Source of the DNA: the human T2T-CHM13v2.0 reference genome, Homo sapiens
NCBI RefSeq assembly: GCF_009914755.1
Contig: NC_060925.1
Reading direction: 5' to 3' (one strand)
Length of the DNA stretch: 64,000 nucleotides
A program made the translations under genes and the position numbers. The notes below the pieces were generated by a model. That model saw nothing but the letters and a program-made list of their open reading frames with translations, ran no database searches and was not told the origin of the DNA. Numbering within the stretch: the first letter of the stretch is position 1; every line of letters starts with the position of its first letter. Below are positions 59,776-64,000 of the stretch, piece by piece.

Positions 59776-61079
59776 ATGCCCTGGGTATAAACAGATCTCC
59801 TCACTCTGTCTGCTTGAACACAGACTTCCAATCCCTTCTTGGCTTCAAGGATTATTCCAACTCTCCTTTCTGTGGCCTTGCTTGTTTTTTTGTACACATG
59901 TGGATTAGAGCTCAACCAGAGGGCTCCAGAGAGCTCTTGCTTGCTCTCAGGTCATCTCTGTCTTTTTTTTTTTTCTCTCTTATTCTCTTTCCCCTCTTCT
60001 ATCTCTCCAATTCTTTCTTTGCATCTCTCTCCATTCTTCCCTTCTGCTATTTTGTCCTACAAATTTTAGCTGCCCTGATCTCCCCAAAGTCTGGACTTTT
60101 CCTTGTTCAGAAGGATGTGGCTGCCTGGCTCTGCTTGGGTCCCCTGTCGTGTTTGGGGGCCTGGAACCTCTCTCCTGGCAGTAAGCTGGGGCACTTACAA
60201 GGCTCAGCTCATCTTTTTTCCCTTCTCTCAGACATGACTTTCCTCTGCTGCTTGTTACCCAGTATCAGAAACCCATTTTTTTTTCTTATAGTTTGTTTGG
60301 TTTTCTAGTTGCTTAAGGTTGGAGGGTAAATCCAGTTTCTATTTTTCAAAGATGGCCAGAAGCAGAAATTTCGTCATTTGTGATTTTTTTTTGTTTATTT
60401 CTTTAAACAGTTTAATTGTCTCTAACATGTTAATCAACTTTTTGTTGTTTATTTGTGATCTAGGTTTGAACATCTCATTCTTGCATCTGTGGTTTCTGCT
60501 GGCTCTTTCTCATGGTGCCGTGTTTCTTTGTTTATTTGTGTCTGGGGGCTACTCATTTTCACTGGCATTTTATTTGTGAGAATTCTGCAAGCTCTGGGAT
60601 AAAGATAGTTTACTCCAGACAGCATTTGTGTTTACTTCTACCAGGTGCCAGTTGAGGATAGTCTAAATTACATTCTCAGCTTGAAATATTTTTGACCACC
60701 CAGATATGGAGAACTAAGCGTGCAAACCTGCATGTAATTCAGACCAGGGTTCGCAATTCTCAGGACAGTTTCTTTCCCCTCTGCTCAGTGCTTATTTCAA
60801 GACAGTCATGTCTTGAATACCTACAAGGGACAATTATTGGGGGTTGATTTTCCTGTGAAAATTCACATGTGGAGCAGGCCTCCAGCTTTGACTGCTGCCA
60901 CATAAAACTCAGCAGGGTGTTACCTGGCTGGGCAGATGTCTTTGGGGTGAAAGAAAGCTTGCCTGTTCTGCTTATTTATCTTGAGTTCCCAACTTCACTT
61001 GCTTTTTTTTGGCCTGAGGATTCTTTACCTTTTTGCAGGTTCAACAATGCATTTACTAAGACTTAAAAATAATATCCAC

Positions 61080-61417
<338 letters not shown>

Positions 61418-62700
61418 CTATCATATTGCTCCTTTGCTTTTATTTTTTTCCTGTTACACACCTCTCCTTCTTTTAAATAAGTAAGGAGATCATATAACTT
61501 ATTATCGAAGCCACTTTTGAGAGTGAAAAGGGACACTTAATTATTATTATTTCATGTTTCGAAATATTTTCTGACACAGCCGTCTATATTGGTGAACCTA
61601 TAAAACAGTTCTATTCAAAAATTACTTTCAAACATGAAATGCTTTCTTAATAAAAGAAAATACATCAAAGTAGAAAAAGGTTAAAACTGCTTTATATTGT
61701 TTATCTGGACATTAAAAAATAAGCAGAATAATCACTTAATATACTTTTGTGTATTTTAATCATTGTCTTCACTATCTTCTAATACCACTTCAGTAGTATT
61801 TTTCTTAACACTATTTTTTCTATTGTTAATGTCAGGGCGTTTTTCTCCTTCACATAATCCAACTGCCTTACCTATATATTTACATATATGTTTATGTGCA
61901 TTAACACATCAAACCATCTGTTTTTGATAACTGTGGCTTCTGTTTCTCTTGATAGAATATCACAGTTTGGTTAAAAATAAGTGTGAATTTATTCATACAA
62001 CCACCAATTACAAGTTTATTTCAGTGAAATACATTTCTCAATTCAGTGAGAATATTGTGTGTTAAAGTTTCAAAGGATCTTCCCACAAGTCAATTTCCAG
62101 AGCATACTTGTAGAATTTCACATTTTAATCTTCTATACAGTTTGAGCTCTTGTCATCTATATTTCAGGGTCCCCTGTTTGCAAATTTTGTTTTTAATCAT
62201 TGCAATTCATTACAGGCTTCAGAGGCTGAGCTTTTTGTGTTTCATTGGTTGAACACTTGATTATGGATTACAACTTATTTTGAACCACAAGCCATCAAAA
62301 TTTAGATGACTTGTTTCCAAAACTGGAGTACTTTTTTTGTAGAGCATTTGGATTGACTCATGAAGTATGTTTTAAAGTTAAAAGCTGCCTAATGTCAGCA
62401 ATTTCCTATCATTTCATTATTTCAAGTGTCAAATATTTCTCAAATCCAACTTGACAGGCAGCAAAGAGAGAACCGCACACTCTACTGATGAAATGTTTTT
62501 AATCCAATTTAAACTTCATAAAAAATTTTTGTAGTTCAGTTACTCTCAGTTTATGTAAATTTTACACATTTCAAAAACTATAGCTTGTGCTTCTCTGGGT
62601 AGAATTAGAACTGTGTTTGAGCTCAGTTATGAATTACATAGGTACATCAATTACAGGTACATTTCAGCATAATAAGTTTCTCAGCTTGGAACATTATATC

Positions 62701-62978
62701 TTTTTTTTATTTTTTATTTTTTTGAGACTGAGTCTTTCTCCATCACCCAGGACTGCAACCTCCGCTTCCCGAGTTCAAGTGATCCTCCTGCCTCAGCCTC
62801 CCAAGTAGCTGGGACTACAGGCACGCACCACCATGCCCAGCTAATTTTTGTATTTTTGGTAGAGCTGGGGTTTCACCATGTTGCCCAGGCTGGTCTCAAA
62901 CTCCTGACCTCCAGTGATCCACCCGCGGTCAGCCTCCCAAAGTCCTGGCATTAGAGGCATGAGCCACTGCTCCTGGCT
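62701..62978 (-). mobile_element. Alu (partial right-arm deletion)
   Basis: Reverse Alu. Confidence 0.9.
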
Positions 62979-62992
62979 GGAACATTATGTCC

Positions 62993-63229
62993 TTTTTTTT
63001 TTTTTTTTTTTTTTTTGAGACGGAGTCTCTCTCTGTCGCCCAGGCTGGAGTGCAGTGGTGCAATCTCAGCTCACTGCACCTCTGCCTCCTGGGTTTAAGC
63101 AATTCTCCTCCCTCAGCCTCCCAAGTGGCTGGGATTACAGGCAGGTGCCACCACACTTGGCTAATTTTTTTTGTTTTTAGTATAGATGGGGTTTCACCAT
63201 ATTGGCCAGGCTGGTCTTGAACTCCTGAC
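62993..63229 (-). mobile_element. 5'-truncated AluS
   Basis: Reverse Alu ending at gaactcctgac. Confidence 0.9.
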
Positions 63230-63717
63230 ATTATGTCTTAAAGTGCTAACTCTGTTCACTGCACATAACCTCATATGTTCCTAGATGAGACCACTGAAAT
63301 AGAAAGTGAAAGTCTATCCAATTCTTCCATCTCATTTTAATAAGTCTTAGTAATAACTACTTGTATTTTGAATAAAGAAATGAAAAATCCAGGACAAAAT
63401 AAACCAGACAGGATGCAGGGTGATAGGCATACACTGAGACTTCTAGGCAAGTGAGCAACTGGTCAGCCGAATTAAAGCCCTTGGAGGGGTTCCTGTACCC
63501 TAGGTTCTTAATACATGCTTGTTGAATGAACAATCGGAGGTAGCTTATTTGTTTGAATAAGGCTTTCTGTGTGTTACTGCAAAGGAATGAGGATGGGACA
63601 GGTTTAGGCTTTGTAACAAGACCTCCCAAAGGCTAACACATAGGCGGCTGCTTCCTCGGCAAGCAGAGATGACGCTTGTGGCCCTTTTTGAAACACCTTT
63701 TTTACATGCCAGAGGTA

Positions 63718-63755
63718 TTTAACTTGACCGTACCAAATGGTACGGTCAAGTTAAA
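63718..63755. repeat. Perfect inverted repeat, 18-bp arms, 2-nt spacer
   Basis: tttaacttgaccgtacca-aa-tggtacggtcaagttaaa. Confidence 0.97.
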
Positions 63756-64000
63756 AGGGTTATCCGCCCTTTTAACTCAAATATCCCGTTGGGATCAAAC
63801 ATTTTTGCTCTGGAGACCTTTGTACCTGTGCAGCATCAGTATAAGGATAGCCTGGGGGTGGTAACCCAGACACAGCTAACAGCGGGGTCTGAGTGGCTTG
63901 GCCAGAGTCTTGGCCTCAAATTGAGGGCACAGCAGTGGTTCTGACTGTTCCTCTTCGGGGAACGTTGTACATCAGGAGGGGCCTGATGGTAATGTTGGTG

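Larger units (their letters stand above)
61485..63425. mobile_element. Possible hAT-Tip100 (MER96B/Zaphod-type) DNA transposon remnant
   Basis: Start resembles MER96B (catataacttattatc...cacttttgagagtgaaaaggg); AT-rich interior; end resembles aaatccaggacaaa. Boundaries uncertain. Confidence 0.4.

Noticed and set aside
58512-59915. Multiple Y/I/H/T/C/V-rich ORFs
   Set aside because: Artefacts of the stop-poor TA/CA minisatellite

Overview
Primate (almost certainly human) genomic DNA from inside the KIF26B gene (kinesin-11 family), + strand. Four coding exons of the atypical motor domain are present (1009-1102, 2624-2886, 5151-5334, 39375-39534; 94/263/184/160 bp). They splice in frame with GT-AG boundaries and probably correspond to exons 7-10 (numbering from memory). 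Everything else is intronic: about 25 Alus, MIR/L2 relics, MST LTRs, DNA-transposon fossils, two minisatellites, an AT/CA-rich repeat expansion, and a 22.4-kb nested stack of L1 elements that splits one MIR in two. No new protein-coding system is evident; the long ORFs in the ORF track are repeat-derived. The most unusual items are structural: a twin-primed (5'-inverted) Alu; two loci where Alus inserted twice at one target site; a miniature DUP-TRP/INV-DUP inside an LTR; a ~137-bp monomer array at the 5' end of an old L1; a binary-coded 85/74-bp VNTR; and an overlapping perfect-hairpin cluster at 63718-63795. Repeat subfamily names come from recalled consensus sequences and need RepeatMasker/Dfam confirmation.
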